29,337 bases of DNA, taken from Candidatus Altiarchaeota archaeon. GTDB lineage: Archaea > Altiarchaeota > Altiarchaeia > IMC4 > SCGC-AAA252-I15. Below the pieces are notes generated by a model that searched no databases, was not told where the DNA came from, and saw only the letters and a list, made by a program, of their open reading frames with translations. A program made the translations under genes and the position numbers. Numbering within the stretch: position 1 is the stretch's first letter; every line of letters begins with the position of its first letter. Positions 17,791-25,653 of this stretch are shown piece by piece. The DNA lies in assembly GCA_043800705.1 (NCBI GenBank), contig JAZDMS010000012.1, positions 1 through 29,337 of the forward strand. The letters run 5' to 3'.

Positions 17791-19014
17791 TTATCTGGAC
17801 CTTATGGCATCGACGGGTTTCATGTTTGCGGCGCCTCTTGCCGGCATCAGCCCCGAAAGGCATCCCACCACGAAGCTGAACGCGAGCGCCCCGACGATCA
17901 GGAGGGGGTCCGCAGATGCGTGTAGCAGGTCTATCCCGTAGAATGTCTGGGCGACGTATGCGACGCCGAAGCTTATCGAAAGCCCCATCAAGACCCCGAT
18001 CATCCCCCCGACGAGTCCGAGCAGCCCGGCCTCTATCAGGAAGAGGGCGAGTATGTCGTCGTTCTTAGCCCCTACTGCCTTCATGATCCCTATCTGGTTG
18101 GTCCGCTCCAGGACGCTCGTGTACATGGTGGTCATTATCCCGAGGCCGCCAACCAGGAGGGATATGGCTGCGATGCCTGTCAGCACCGTCTGTACGACTC
18201 CTATGATGGTCATGAACGTCTGCATGACCTGCTCCGCGGTCTGTACTGTGAAGTCTTCCTCGCCTTCCTTGAGTCCGTGATCCCTTCTGAGGCTGGTCTT
18301 GACGTTCTGTGCGACTTCAGTGACGTTGAACCCCTTATTCGAGCTGATGGTGACCATGTTGATCTCCCTGTCTGTGGCGGGATACATCGTCCTCAGGGTT
18401 TCGAGGGGAATTATCAGCTTCTTGTCCTGCTGCGGGTTTCCGGTCTTGGGGGTGAATCCCACGATAGTGAAGTCCGTCCCGTCGACTGTTATCTTGTCGC
18501 CTCTTTTTACCTCCTTCTTGAATTCCTCGGTTGCCTGGGTCCTGGCGATTATGGCGTTGTATCGGTCCGTTGGAGTGAGGTATCTGCCCTCGTCGACTTT
18601 CATGTAGTCTATGGTCTTCATGTATTCCAGCGTCTGGGGCGTGAATTCGACTCCCATGAGGAAGGCGGTCTTGGTCTCCCCCTGGAATTCGACGTTGACC
18701 ACCTTCCTGTAGAAGCCTATGCCGGTATCCACGCCTCTTGCGGAGAGGATGACGTCCAGGTCGTGTTCGACTAGCTTGGCGGACGAGAGGCCAGGCTGGA
18801 AGGCCTGGAAGCCTCCGCCTCCGGGGACTATGATTATCCTGTTGACGCCGATCTTCTGGAATTCGGTGTCTATGTAGCTGTTCAGTCCTTGGCCTAGCGA
18901 GATGAGGGCCACGACTGCCGCTATCCCGACGAATATCCCCAGCATGGTCAGCCAGGTCCGAAGACCCCTGCTGATCAGGCTGTGTGTTGCGTATCTCAGG
19001 TAATCGGCTAACAT
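17791..19014 (-). CDS. MacB/FtsX-type ABC transporter permease (paralog)
   Basis: RTWLTMLGIFVGIAAVV, MYTSVLERTNQIGIMKAVGA and PVDAIR motifs. Confidence 0.93.
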   Translation of the reverse strand: MLADYLRYATHSLISRGLRTWLTMLGIFVGIAAVVALISLGQGLNSYIDTEFQKIGVNRIIIVPGGGGFQAFQPGLSSAKLVEHDLDVILSARGVDTGIGFYRKVVNVEFQGETKTAFLMGVEFTPQTLEYMKTIDYMKVDEGRYLTPTDRYNAIIARTQATEEFKKEVKRGDKITVDGTDFTIVGFTPKTGNPQQDKKLIIPLETLRTMYPATDREINMVTISSNKGFNVTEVAQNVKTSLRRDHGLKEGEEDFTVQTAEQVMQTFMTIIGVVQTVLTGIAAISLLVGGLGIMTTMYTSVLERTNQIGIMKAVGAKNDDILALFLIEAGLLGLVGGMIGVLMGLSISFGVAYVAQTFYGIDLLHASADPLLIVGALAFSFVVGCLSGLMPARGAANMKPVDAIRSR

Positions 19015-19027
19015 ATCCGCCCTTGCC

Positions 19028-20344
19028 CTATTGTTTCCTGAAGATCTTCCTGTCCAGGAATCCGGTCACCACGCCGACTATCTTCATCAGGAGCCAGATG
19101 CCTATGTAGGATATTATGAGCACCGGCACGATCATCAGGTAGCCCAACATCTGCTGCGACCCGTTTTCTGCGGGGTGCAGCCTGTCGTATTCGGGGGCTC
19201 CAAGGACGTTCATCTGCAGCTCGTCGTCTTCGGAGTGGACCTGGTTGTTGTTCTCCTCGGTGTAGGACACCCTTACCATTATGGGGATCTTGCCTTCGAC
19301 GCCTTCCTTGACCAGTATGTTGAAGTCTTCGGACTGGAAGTCGTCGGACGCCAGGTTGCCGATGTATGCGTCGCTCTTGGAGATGACCGTGTATTTGTCG
19401 GTGTCCTGGATGCTCAGGGACAGGAACTTCGCCTCGACGAATCCCTTGTTGGCGATGCTTATCGTCACCTTCCCCTTCGTGCCGGCTTTCATGTCGTCGA
19501 AGCTGTCCAGGCTCGCCATGACCCTGGGTATCCCCTGGACTTTTACTCCGAGGTTCTTGGTCATCGTCTGAATGGTGCCGTCGCGGTCCGTGTACCTGAC
19601 TTCAAGGGGTATCGAATAGGCCTTAGGCGTTGCCGCGGAGTCGACGTAGAGCTGGTAGACGACGTTGTTGCTGGACTGTCCGCTCATGTCTCCCACGTAC
19701 ACGCTCGAGGACTTCAGGACCGTCAGGGGCGCGGTCGCGTTCAATGAGACGTAGACATGCCTCGCTATGCCGCCGCCCACGTTTCCTACCGACACCTTGA
19801 AGGCCTTGGTTTCGCCTGCCGTCAGCTGGTTGTCGGAGTCGACTGCGAACTTCGGCACCCCGCTCACGTCGATGGTTATGTCCTTCGACAGGATCGGCTC
19901 CTCAGGGCCGCCGGTGTAGTTCAGGCTCCCCTTCATAATGGAGAACGTCAGCGTATAGTTTGTCGGCGGGGCGTTGTCTGCGATGTGTATCTGGAAGGGC
20001 GTCGTCCAGGTCTCCCCCTGGAACAGGTGGCCGACCGTCCTTTCCCCCTCCTTTATCAGGATGTATTGGCCTGTGGCCTCGTCCTTCGGGGCTATGGTGG
20101 CGCGGTAGGTCGAGTCTGCGTTCTCTCCGAGAGGTATGCGCTCCTTGTTGTTGGAGGAGCTCTCGTATATGTTCCGTTTCGGTGAGGGGCCTTCGTGGAA
20201 CTTTACGTTGACGTCCACGTCCATCCCGGGCTCTATGTGGGGCGGGTCCATGGATACGGAGTCGAATTTGACCTGTCCCATGGCTGGGTAGGCTGTTAGC
20301 ATTAGCATCATCATCACTGCCGCAACGTATGTTGTTCTCTTCAT
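19028..20344 (-). CDS. COG1361 S-layer-domain-like membrane-anchored protein
   Basis: Signal peptide, Ig-like repeats (N.G...A..V; YVGD/YIGNL) and a C-terminal transmembrane helix; usual partner of archaeal MacB-type operons. Confidence 0.8.
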   Translation of the reverse strand: MKRTTYVAAVMMMLMLTAYPAMGQVKFDSVSMDPPHIEPGMDVDVNVKFHEGPSPKRNIYESSSNNKERIPLGENADSTYRATIAPKDEATGQYILIKEGERTVGHLFQGETWTTPFQIHIADNAPPTNYTLTFSIMKGSLNYTGGPEEPILSKDITIDVSGVPKFAVDSDNQLTAGETKAFKVSVGNVGGGIARHVYVSLNATAPLTVLKSSSVYVGDMSGQSSNNVVYQLYVDSAATPKAYSIPLEVRYTDRDGTIQTMTKNLGVKVQGIPRVMASLDSFDDMKAGTKGKVTISIANKGFVEAKFLSLSIQDTDKYTVISKSDAYIGNLASDDFQSEDFNILVKEGVEGKIPIMVRVSYTEENNNQVHSEDDELQMNVLGAPEYDRLHPAENGSQQMLGYLMIVPVLIISYIGIWLLMKIVGVVTGFLDRKIFRKQ

Positions 20345-21078
20345 TTTTCAATTCCTCCCTCTACTACCTTTCCGTCTCTTATGTTTATTATCCGGTCAGC
20401 GTACTTCGACAGCTTCCCGTCGTGCGTGACCATTATTATCGTCTTCTTGTCCCTCTCATGGAGCGTGGTCAGGAGTTCCATTATCTCCTCTCCCCTCTTC
20501 GAGTCGAGGTTGCCGGTGGGTTCATCCGCCAGTATCACGGGGGGGTCGTTGGACAGTGCCCTTGCGATGGCGACCCTCTGCTGCTCCCCGCCTGACAGTT
20601 CGGTGGGTTTGTGGTACATCCTGCCTCCGAGGCCTACGGTCTCCAGGAGCCTCTTCGCCCGTTGCTCCCTCTCGTATGTTGGGACGTCCTGGAACATCAT
20701 CGGCATCATGACGTTCTCCATGGCGGTGAGGCTGTTTATGAGGTTGAACTGCTGGAAGACGAACCCGATTTTCCTCCCCCTTATCTGGGCGAGATGGGAT
20801 TCGTCGAGTTCCGCGATGTCATGGTCGTCGAGGAATATCCTGCCCCTCGTCGGGATGTCAAGGCATCCGACCATGTTCATCGACGTGCTTTTACCGCTTC
20901 CTGACGGGCCCATGATGGCGACGAACTCGCACGGGAATATGTCCAGGGTGAGGCCCCGCAGGGCCGGGACTTCGACCTCCCCCATCTTGTATATCTTCCA
21001 GACGTCAAGGAGCCTGATTATCGGCTTGCCATCGCATTCCAGGCTTTTATTCGTTATTTTGTGGCCCTTTTCGGTCAT
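20341..21078 (-). CDS. ABC transporter ATP-binding protein (LolD/MacB-like)
   Basis: GPSGSGKS Walker A, LSGGEQQRVAIARAL, ILADEPTGNLD and VTHD; ATGA overlap with the regulator gene. Confidence 0.95.
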   Translation of the reverse strand: MTEKGHKITNKSLECDGKPIIRLLDVWKIYKMGEVEVPALRGLTLDIFPCEFVAIMGPSGSGKSTSMNMVGCLDIPTRGRIFLDDHDIAELDESHLAQIRGRKIGFVFQQFNLINSLTAMENVMMPMMFQDVPTYEREQRAKRLLETVGLGGRMYHKPTELSGGEQQRVAIARALSNDPPVILADEPTGNLDSKRGEEIMELLTTLHERDKKTIIMVTHDGKLSKYADRIINIRDGKVVEGGIEK

Positions 21079-21551
21079 CTTATCCCCTCTATCATGGCTT
21101 CGAACTTGTGGCACATTTCGTGGAACGTCTCATAACTATGCCTAAGTCGCTTAATATTCTCCCTCTTGGCTGTCGCATCCGTGCTTTTGTCTTCTTTTAA
21201 GAGGTTTTCAGCCTCCGCCAATATCTGGATCATTGACTGGGCCTCCCGCCTTGCGGATTCCATCTTTTTCCTGTGGGCCAGGACGAGGTCGTGGACGCAT
21301 TCGAAGTATATCTTCTTGCTTCCGGGCTTCTTGAATTTTCGGACGTCCATGGTCCGCTCGATTATCTCAAGCGTGTTGCAGACGGTGGAGATGCTATAGC
21401 CAGTCTTCTTCGATATCTCCTGCATCCCAAGCGGCTCATTGGAGAGGAATAACGAGATGTATATCCTCATCACCGTCGGGTTGAAGCCCTGCCTCTCAAA
21501 GAGCTTCACGACCTTTTCCACGAGTTCGGCCTCGGCGAATTTACCTGGCAT
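21075..21551 (-). CDS. GbsR/MarR-type HTH transcriptional regulator
   Basis: G......RIY..LFLS.EPL.M.EI...TGYSISTV...L...V.K...PG.KK.YF pattern. Confidence 0.85.
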   Translation of the reverse strand: MPGKFAEAELVEKVVKLFERQGFNPTVMRIYISLFLSNEPLGMQEISKKTGYSISTVCNTLEIIERTMDVRKFKKPGSKKIYFECVHDLVLAHRKKMESARREAQSMIQILAEAENLLKEDKSTDATAKRENIKRLRHSYETFHEMCHKFEAMIEGIR

Positions 21552-21623
21552 TTTTGATATACTCTATATACTATATATTCTAAATATTACGTTTTTCCTA
21601 TATATAAAGTATATATCTGGGTA
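21552..21623 (-). promoter_or_regulatory. AT-rich promoter region of the ABC operon
   Basis: Very AT-rich with several TATA tracts (TTTATATA on the minus strand near 21600-21608) in a GC-rich genome. Confidence 0.5.
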
Positions 21624-22580
21624 TCACGCCAGTTCTGCCCCCCTATACTCTTCCATGTGGCTTTTGAACCAGGCTATCGTGCCCTCCAGTCCCTCATCCA
21701 GGCCGAGATTGGGGCTCCATCCGAGCGCTTTCTTCGCCTTTGTGTTGTCTGCGACCCAGCATTCCGTCTCGAATCCTGGAGTCGGCCTCCGTCCGAAGAG
21801 GAGCCTGGAATCCGGCCTGATGAGGCCGTGTATCCTCTTTGCGACCTCCTTGACCGAGTGCTGGCTGCCTGACCCAATGTTCAATACGCTCCCCCCTATC
21901 CTCTTGGCCTTCATCGCCTTGATGAACGCCTCGACGACGTCGTCGACGTGGATGAAGTCCCTCGTCTGGCCGCCTGAGGTGAGCTCGACGTCCCTGCCGG
22001 CGAGGCAGCCTGCGATCACCGTTGGCACGAGCCTCATCGGCTCCTCCCATGGGCCGTATGCGGAGAAGAGCCTGAGGGTCGCGATGGGTTTGCCTTCAGT
22101 AACCGCGGACGTCCTGCAGAACAGTGTGGCCGCCGCCTTCGTGACCCCGTACATGTTGACCGGCTCCAGGACGTCGTCTTCCGTCATGGGGTGGTCCTTT
22201 ATCCCGTATTCGGAGGAGCTGCCTGCGTTGATGAACGAGTCGTAGGAACGGTCGGCTGCGGCGTTCACCAGGTTAACCGTGCCGAGGAAGTTGGTGCCGA
22301 TCATCCTGGCCTGGTCCTTCTGCGTCCGGGGATAGCTCCCGTAGGCCGCAAGGTGCAGGATATGGTCTGGCTCGGCCTCGTCGATAATCATCTTCAGTGC
22401 CCTTGCCTCCCCGAGGTCGCTATCGTGCCTGATTATGTTGTTCAGGATGTCCCGTATCCTCCAGAGTGAGGTCTCCTTCCTGAGGATGGTGTGGACCTCG
22501 TATCCTTCGCCGATGAGCCTCCTTGCGAGGTTGGCTCCGACGAATCCGCCGGCTCCGGTGATAAGGACCCTCTTTACCAT
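21624..22580 (-). CDS. NAD-dependent epimerase/dehydratase (extended SDR)
   Basis: ITGAGGFVG, GSSSEYG, YGVTK and TRDFIHVDD motifs. Confidence 0.92.
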   Translation of the reverse strand: MVKRVLITGAGGFVGANLARRLIGEGYEVHTILRKETSLWRIRDILNNIIRHDSDLGEARALKMIIDEAEPDHILHLAAYGSYPRTQKDQARMIGTNFLGTVNLVNAAADRSYDSFINAGSSSEYGIKDHPMTEDDVLEPVNMYGVTKAAATLFCRTSAVTEGKPIATLRLFSAYGPWEEPMRLVPTVIAGCLAGRDVELTSGGQTRDFIHVDDVVEAFIKAMKAKRIGGSVLNIGSGSQHSVKEVAKRIHGLIRPDSRLLFGRRPTPGFETECWVADNTKAKKALGWSPNLGLDEGLEGTIAWFKSHMEEYRGAELA

Positions 22581-22669
22581 AATACTCAAAATAGTGGCTC
22601 ACCCCGTTAAATACGCACTTTTCCCGCGCTCTCTGGGCGCTTATCCCTCGCACTTTCCTATGCACTTAG

Positions 22670-24535
22670 GTGAAGTATTTCCCGTATTCCCGGGTAAGAG
22701 GAGGGCAGTCAGAGTTCCTGCAGGACTGCCATGAGGCCGTGGGAGCCGGGGCGGCTCTCGTAGCACATGCTCCCACCGGCATCGGCAAGACCGCCGCGGT
22801 CCTGTCGGCCGCGATCGAGCACGCGCTCAAGGAGCACAAGACAGTATTCTTCCTCACGCCGAAGCACACCCAGCATACCATCGCTGTCGACACGGTCAGG
22901 AGGATATCGGAGAAGCATAGTCTCCACCTCTGCCTCGTGGACATCATCGGCAAGCAGTGGATGTGCCCCCACAAGGTCCATGACCTGAGCTCGAGGGAGT
23001 TCAACGAGTTCTGTCGCACGCAGAAGAAGGACGAGCTGTGCGAATACTACAACAACACCCGCAAGGCCAAGACTACCGCGAAGGCGCAGGAGGCGATCAC
23101 GCGTATAATCGCCCGCCCGATGCACAACGAAGAGGTCCAGATGACATGCGCGCTCAACAAGCTATGCCCCTACGAGGTCCTTCTGGAGGCGGGCCGCAAG
23201 GCCGACGTCGTCGTATGCGACTATTTCCACATATTCAGCCCACCCGTTCGCAGAGCCTTCCTGAACAAGCTCGGCAAGACCGTGGAGGACTCGATACTAG
23301 TCGTCGACGAAGCCCACAACCTCCCCGACCGGATCCGCAGCATCATGAGCCACCGGATCGGGACATACTCCCTGGAGCGGGCTGCCAAGGAGGCCAGCAC
23401 CCTGAACTTCAGGCAGCTTTCGGAGGAGCTGATAGGGGTGTCGAAGTCCATGAAGAAGCTAGCAAGGAAGATAAAACCCTACCAGGAGAGGTACGTCGAC
23501 AAGCGCGAACTGGTCGACGAGGTCGTCAGCGTCTCGGGGATGGAATACAAGGAATTCGCAGCCGAGGTCGAAAGTCTCGGCGCGCAGGTGCTGAAGATCC
23601 CCGGCAGGTACCGCAGCCACGCGGCGAACATCGCCAGGTTCCTCGAGGAATGGGTCGGGGAGGACATGGGGTTCACGAGGATCATGAACAAGGACGAGCA
23701 CGTCAACATCGCGAGGAAATGCCTGGACCCCAGCCTGTCCTGTGCGGATGTTTTCTCCACAGCGCATTCGGCGATACTGATGAGCGGGACGCTGACCCCC
23801 TTGAACATGTACTCCAGCGTGCTGGGGCTGAAACCGGAGCGGACGATGGAGAGGGCCTACAGGTCGCCGTTCCCCAAGGAGAACAGGCTCACGCTCCTTG
23901 TCCCGGGGCTCACGACGAAGTTCGCTGAACGGACCCAGCACATGTACGACAAATACGTCTCCACAATCTCCTCGATGCTTACGACGATCCCGGGCAACGT
24001 CGCCGTATTCTTCCCCTCATACCATCTCCTAACCGACATCGGCCTCAGGGTGAGGACGAAGAAGGAGCTGGTCGTCGAGCGGCAGGAGATGACGAAAGAG
24101 GAGCGGCTGAAGCTGTTCCACCGCCTGGTCCAGCTTCAGGGGGCGGGCGGCGGGGCCCTCATGGCCGTCCAGGCGGGCAGCTTCTCGGAAGGCCTCGACT
24201 TCCCGGAAAACATGCTCGACGCCGTCATAATAGTCGGACTCCCCCTGGAGAGGCCTAATCTGGAGACCCAGGCATTGATCGACTACTACGACTTCAAGTT
24301 CGAGCGCGGCTGGGACTTCGGCTATATCTACCCTGCAATGAACCGTTCCCTGCAGGCCGCAGGCCGCTGCATAAGGAGCGAGACAGACCGGGGAGCCATA
24401 ATCCTCCTCGATGAGAGGTTCAAGTGGGGGAACTACAGGAAATGCTTCCCCTCTGATTTTGAGTTTATTGTGACAGAGACTCCTGAGAAGTATCTGAAGC
24501 GGTTCTTCGAAACATCAGGTATGTGCCACCTTTAG
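22670..24535 (+). CDS. xpd: XPD/Rad3/DinG family Fe-S DNA helicase
   Basis: APTGIGKT, Fe-S cysteines (CP...C...CEYY...CPYE), DEAHN, MSGTL, FFPSY, SEGLDF and QAAGRCIR motifs. Confidence 0.92.
   Translation: MKYFPYSRVRGGQSEFLQDCHEAVGAGAALVAHAPTGIGKTAAVLSAAIEHALKEHKTVFFLTPKHTQHTIAVDTVRRISEKHSLHLCLVDIIGKQWMCPHKVHDLSSREFNEFCRTQKKDELCEYYNNTRKAKTTAKAQEAITRIIARPMHNEEVQMTCALNKLCPYEVLLEAGRKADVVVCDYFHIFSPPVRRAFLNKLGKTVEDSILVVDEAHNLPDRIRSIMSHRIGTYSLERAAKEASTLNFRQLSEELIGVSKSMKKLARKIKPYQERYVDKRELVDEVVSVSGMEYKEFAAEVESLGAQVLKIPGRYRSHAANIARFLEEWVGEDMGFTRIMNKDEHVNIARKCLDPSLSCADVFSTAHSAILMSGTLTPLNMYSSVLGLKPERTMERAYRSPFPKENRLTLLVPGLTTKFAERTQHMYDKYVSTISSMLTTIPGNVAVFFPSYHLLTDIGLRVRTKKELVVERQEMTKEERLKLFHRLVQLQGAGGGALMAVQAGSFSEGLDFPENMLDAVIIVGLPLERPNLETQALIDYYDFKFERGWDFGYIYPAMNRSLQAAGRCIRSETDRGAIILLDERFKWGNYRKCFPSDFEFIVTETPEKYLKRFFETSGMCHL
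24427..24509 (+). repeat. xpd 3' end, in-gene copy of a 150-bp-offset duplication
   Basis: 67/83 nt identical to 24577-24659; 13 of 16 differences are synonymous. Confidence 0.92.
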
Positions 24536-24573
24536 GTGGCACTCGCGGCGCGTGTGCACGGAGCGAGCCGTGC
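24523..24573 (+). repeat. Structured interspersed element, copy 1 (9-bp inverted repeat + 31-bp conserved motif)
   Basis: GTGCCACCT-TT-AGGTGGCAC followed by TCGCGGCGCGTGTGCACGGAGCGAGCCGTGC, 29/31 identical to 28013-28043. Confidence 0.85.
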
Positions 24574-24576
24574 TGC

Positions 24577-24667
24577 GGGGAACTACAGGACATGCTTCCC
24601 GTCGGACTTCGAATTCATAGTGACCGAGACGCCGGAGAAATACCTGCTGAGGTTCTTCGGGGCCTAG
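24577..24667 (+). pseudogene. Displaced second copy of the xpd C-terminal coding segment
   Basis: Encodes GNYRTCFPSDFEFIVTETPEKYLLRFFGA*, versus GNYRKCFPSDFEFIVTETPEKYLKRFFETSGMCHL* in the gene; its TAG overlaps the dapF stop codon. Confidence 0.85.
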
Positions 24668-25536
24668 AATGCGTAATTGCCCTGGAAGGTCTCCTCCGCC
24701 CCCCCTATAAGATATGCCCTGCCTATGTCGCCCATGGAGCCTTCTAGCTGAACCCTTATGTCCCCGCCCCTGGCGTGAAAAAGGATCTGCTTGAAAATGT
24801 CCGCCTTCCCGTTCAGTACGGCCGCCACGGCCGATGCGCATATCCCCGTCCCGCATGCGAGGGTCTCGTCCTCGACGCCCCGTTCGAAGGTCCTTATCTT
24901 GAACTCGTTTTCTGCGACCTTCTGGACGAAGTGCGCGTTCGTCCCGCTTGGGAAAAGTATGGTGTGGTTCCTTATCAGGGCGCCGTTTCTTCTGACATCC
25001 GCCTTTTCCACATCCCTTACGAAGACGATCGCATGGGGGTTGCCCATGCCGACGGACGTTATGTCGAATTCCTCGTCTGCGATCCTTACGTGCTGGTTTA
25101 TGAACGTCTCATCCGGCTTGCCCGCCACCTGGGCCTCGCCGCGCAGTACCTGCGGCCTGCCCATGTCGACCTTCTCTTCCGTGGCCTTGTCGGCTTCGAT
25201 GGTGAGTTCGATGGTCTTGATCCCCGCCATGGTCTCGACGTCGATCTTTCGCTTCCTGAGCTTGCAGTGCTCGTACAGGTATTTGGCAAGGCATCTTATG
25301 CCGTTGCCGCACATCTCGGCCCTTGAGCCGTCGGGGTTGTAGAAGACGAAGTTCGCGTCGTGGGTCTTGGACTTCTGGGCGAATATCGCTCCGTCTGAGC
25401 CGATGCCGAAGTGCCTGTCGCAGGCCTTCTTGACGAATTCGGGCTTTCTCCCCTCAGGAATCCTCTCCTCATCCCATTCGTCCACGACTATGAAGTCGTT
25501 GCCTGTGCCATGCATCTTCGTGAATGCGATATCCAT
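24664..25536 (-). CDS. dapF: Diaminopimelate epimerase
   Basis: KMHGTGNDF, EMCGNGIRC, MGNPH and ERGVEDETLACGTG motifs. Confidence 0.95.
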   Translation of the reverse strand: MDIAFTKMHGTGNDFIVVDEWDEERIPEGRKPEFVKKACDRHFGIGSDGAIFAQKSKTHDANFVFYNPDGSRAEMCGNGIRCLAKYLYEHCKLRKRKIDVETMAGIKTIELTIEADKATEEKVDMGRPQVLRGEAQVAGKPDETFINQHVRIADEEFDITSVGMGNPHAIVFVRDVEKADVRRNGALIRNHTILFPSGTNAHFVQKVAENEFKIRTFERGVEDETLACGTGICASAVAAVLNGKADIFKQILFHARGGDIRVQLEGSMGDIGRAYLIGGAEETFQGNYAF

Positions 25537-25653
25537 GTGCGCTTACCCTGTATACTGGGCCAATATACGGTTTTAAAGTATATATTCACGGATCGGCGGG
25601 GGATCCCGTATTTTAAGCTCTGCTGCTTATTAAGGTTTCAACGGTTGGTTTAC

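Noticed and set aside
16581-19014. Similarity between the two permease genes as an unusual repeat
   Set aside because: Ordinary paired MacB-type paralogs.
23038-23928. Long alternative-frame and antisense ORFs (e.g. 23038-23928, 26119-26985, 12364-13116, 20381-21145)
   Set aside because: Expected by-products of high GC3 codon bias inside well-supported genes; no recognisable motifs.
24565-24600. Group II intron domain V look-alike (GAGCCGTGCTGCGGGGAA)
   Set aside because: The pairing 3' arm (CGGTTC) and domain VI are absent, the GGGGAA belongs to the xpd duplicate, and copy 2 does not fit.
24427-24659. Diversity-generating retroelement VR/TR pair (3'-end repeat plus hairpin)
   Set aside because: Mismatches are not adenine-specific on either strand, are mostly synonymous third-position changes, and there is no reverse transcriptase in the window.
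25411-25653. 81-aa N-terminal extension of PolB in the ORF track
   Set aside because: It overlaps dapF and an AT-rich promoter region; homology begins at MVKCLLDADY.
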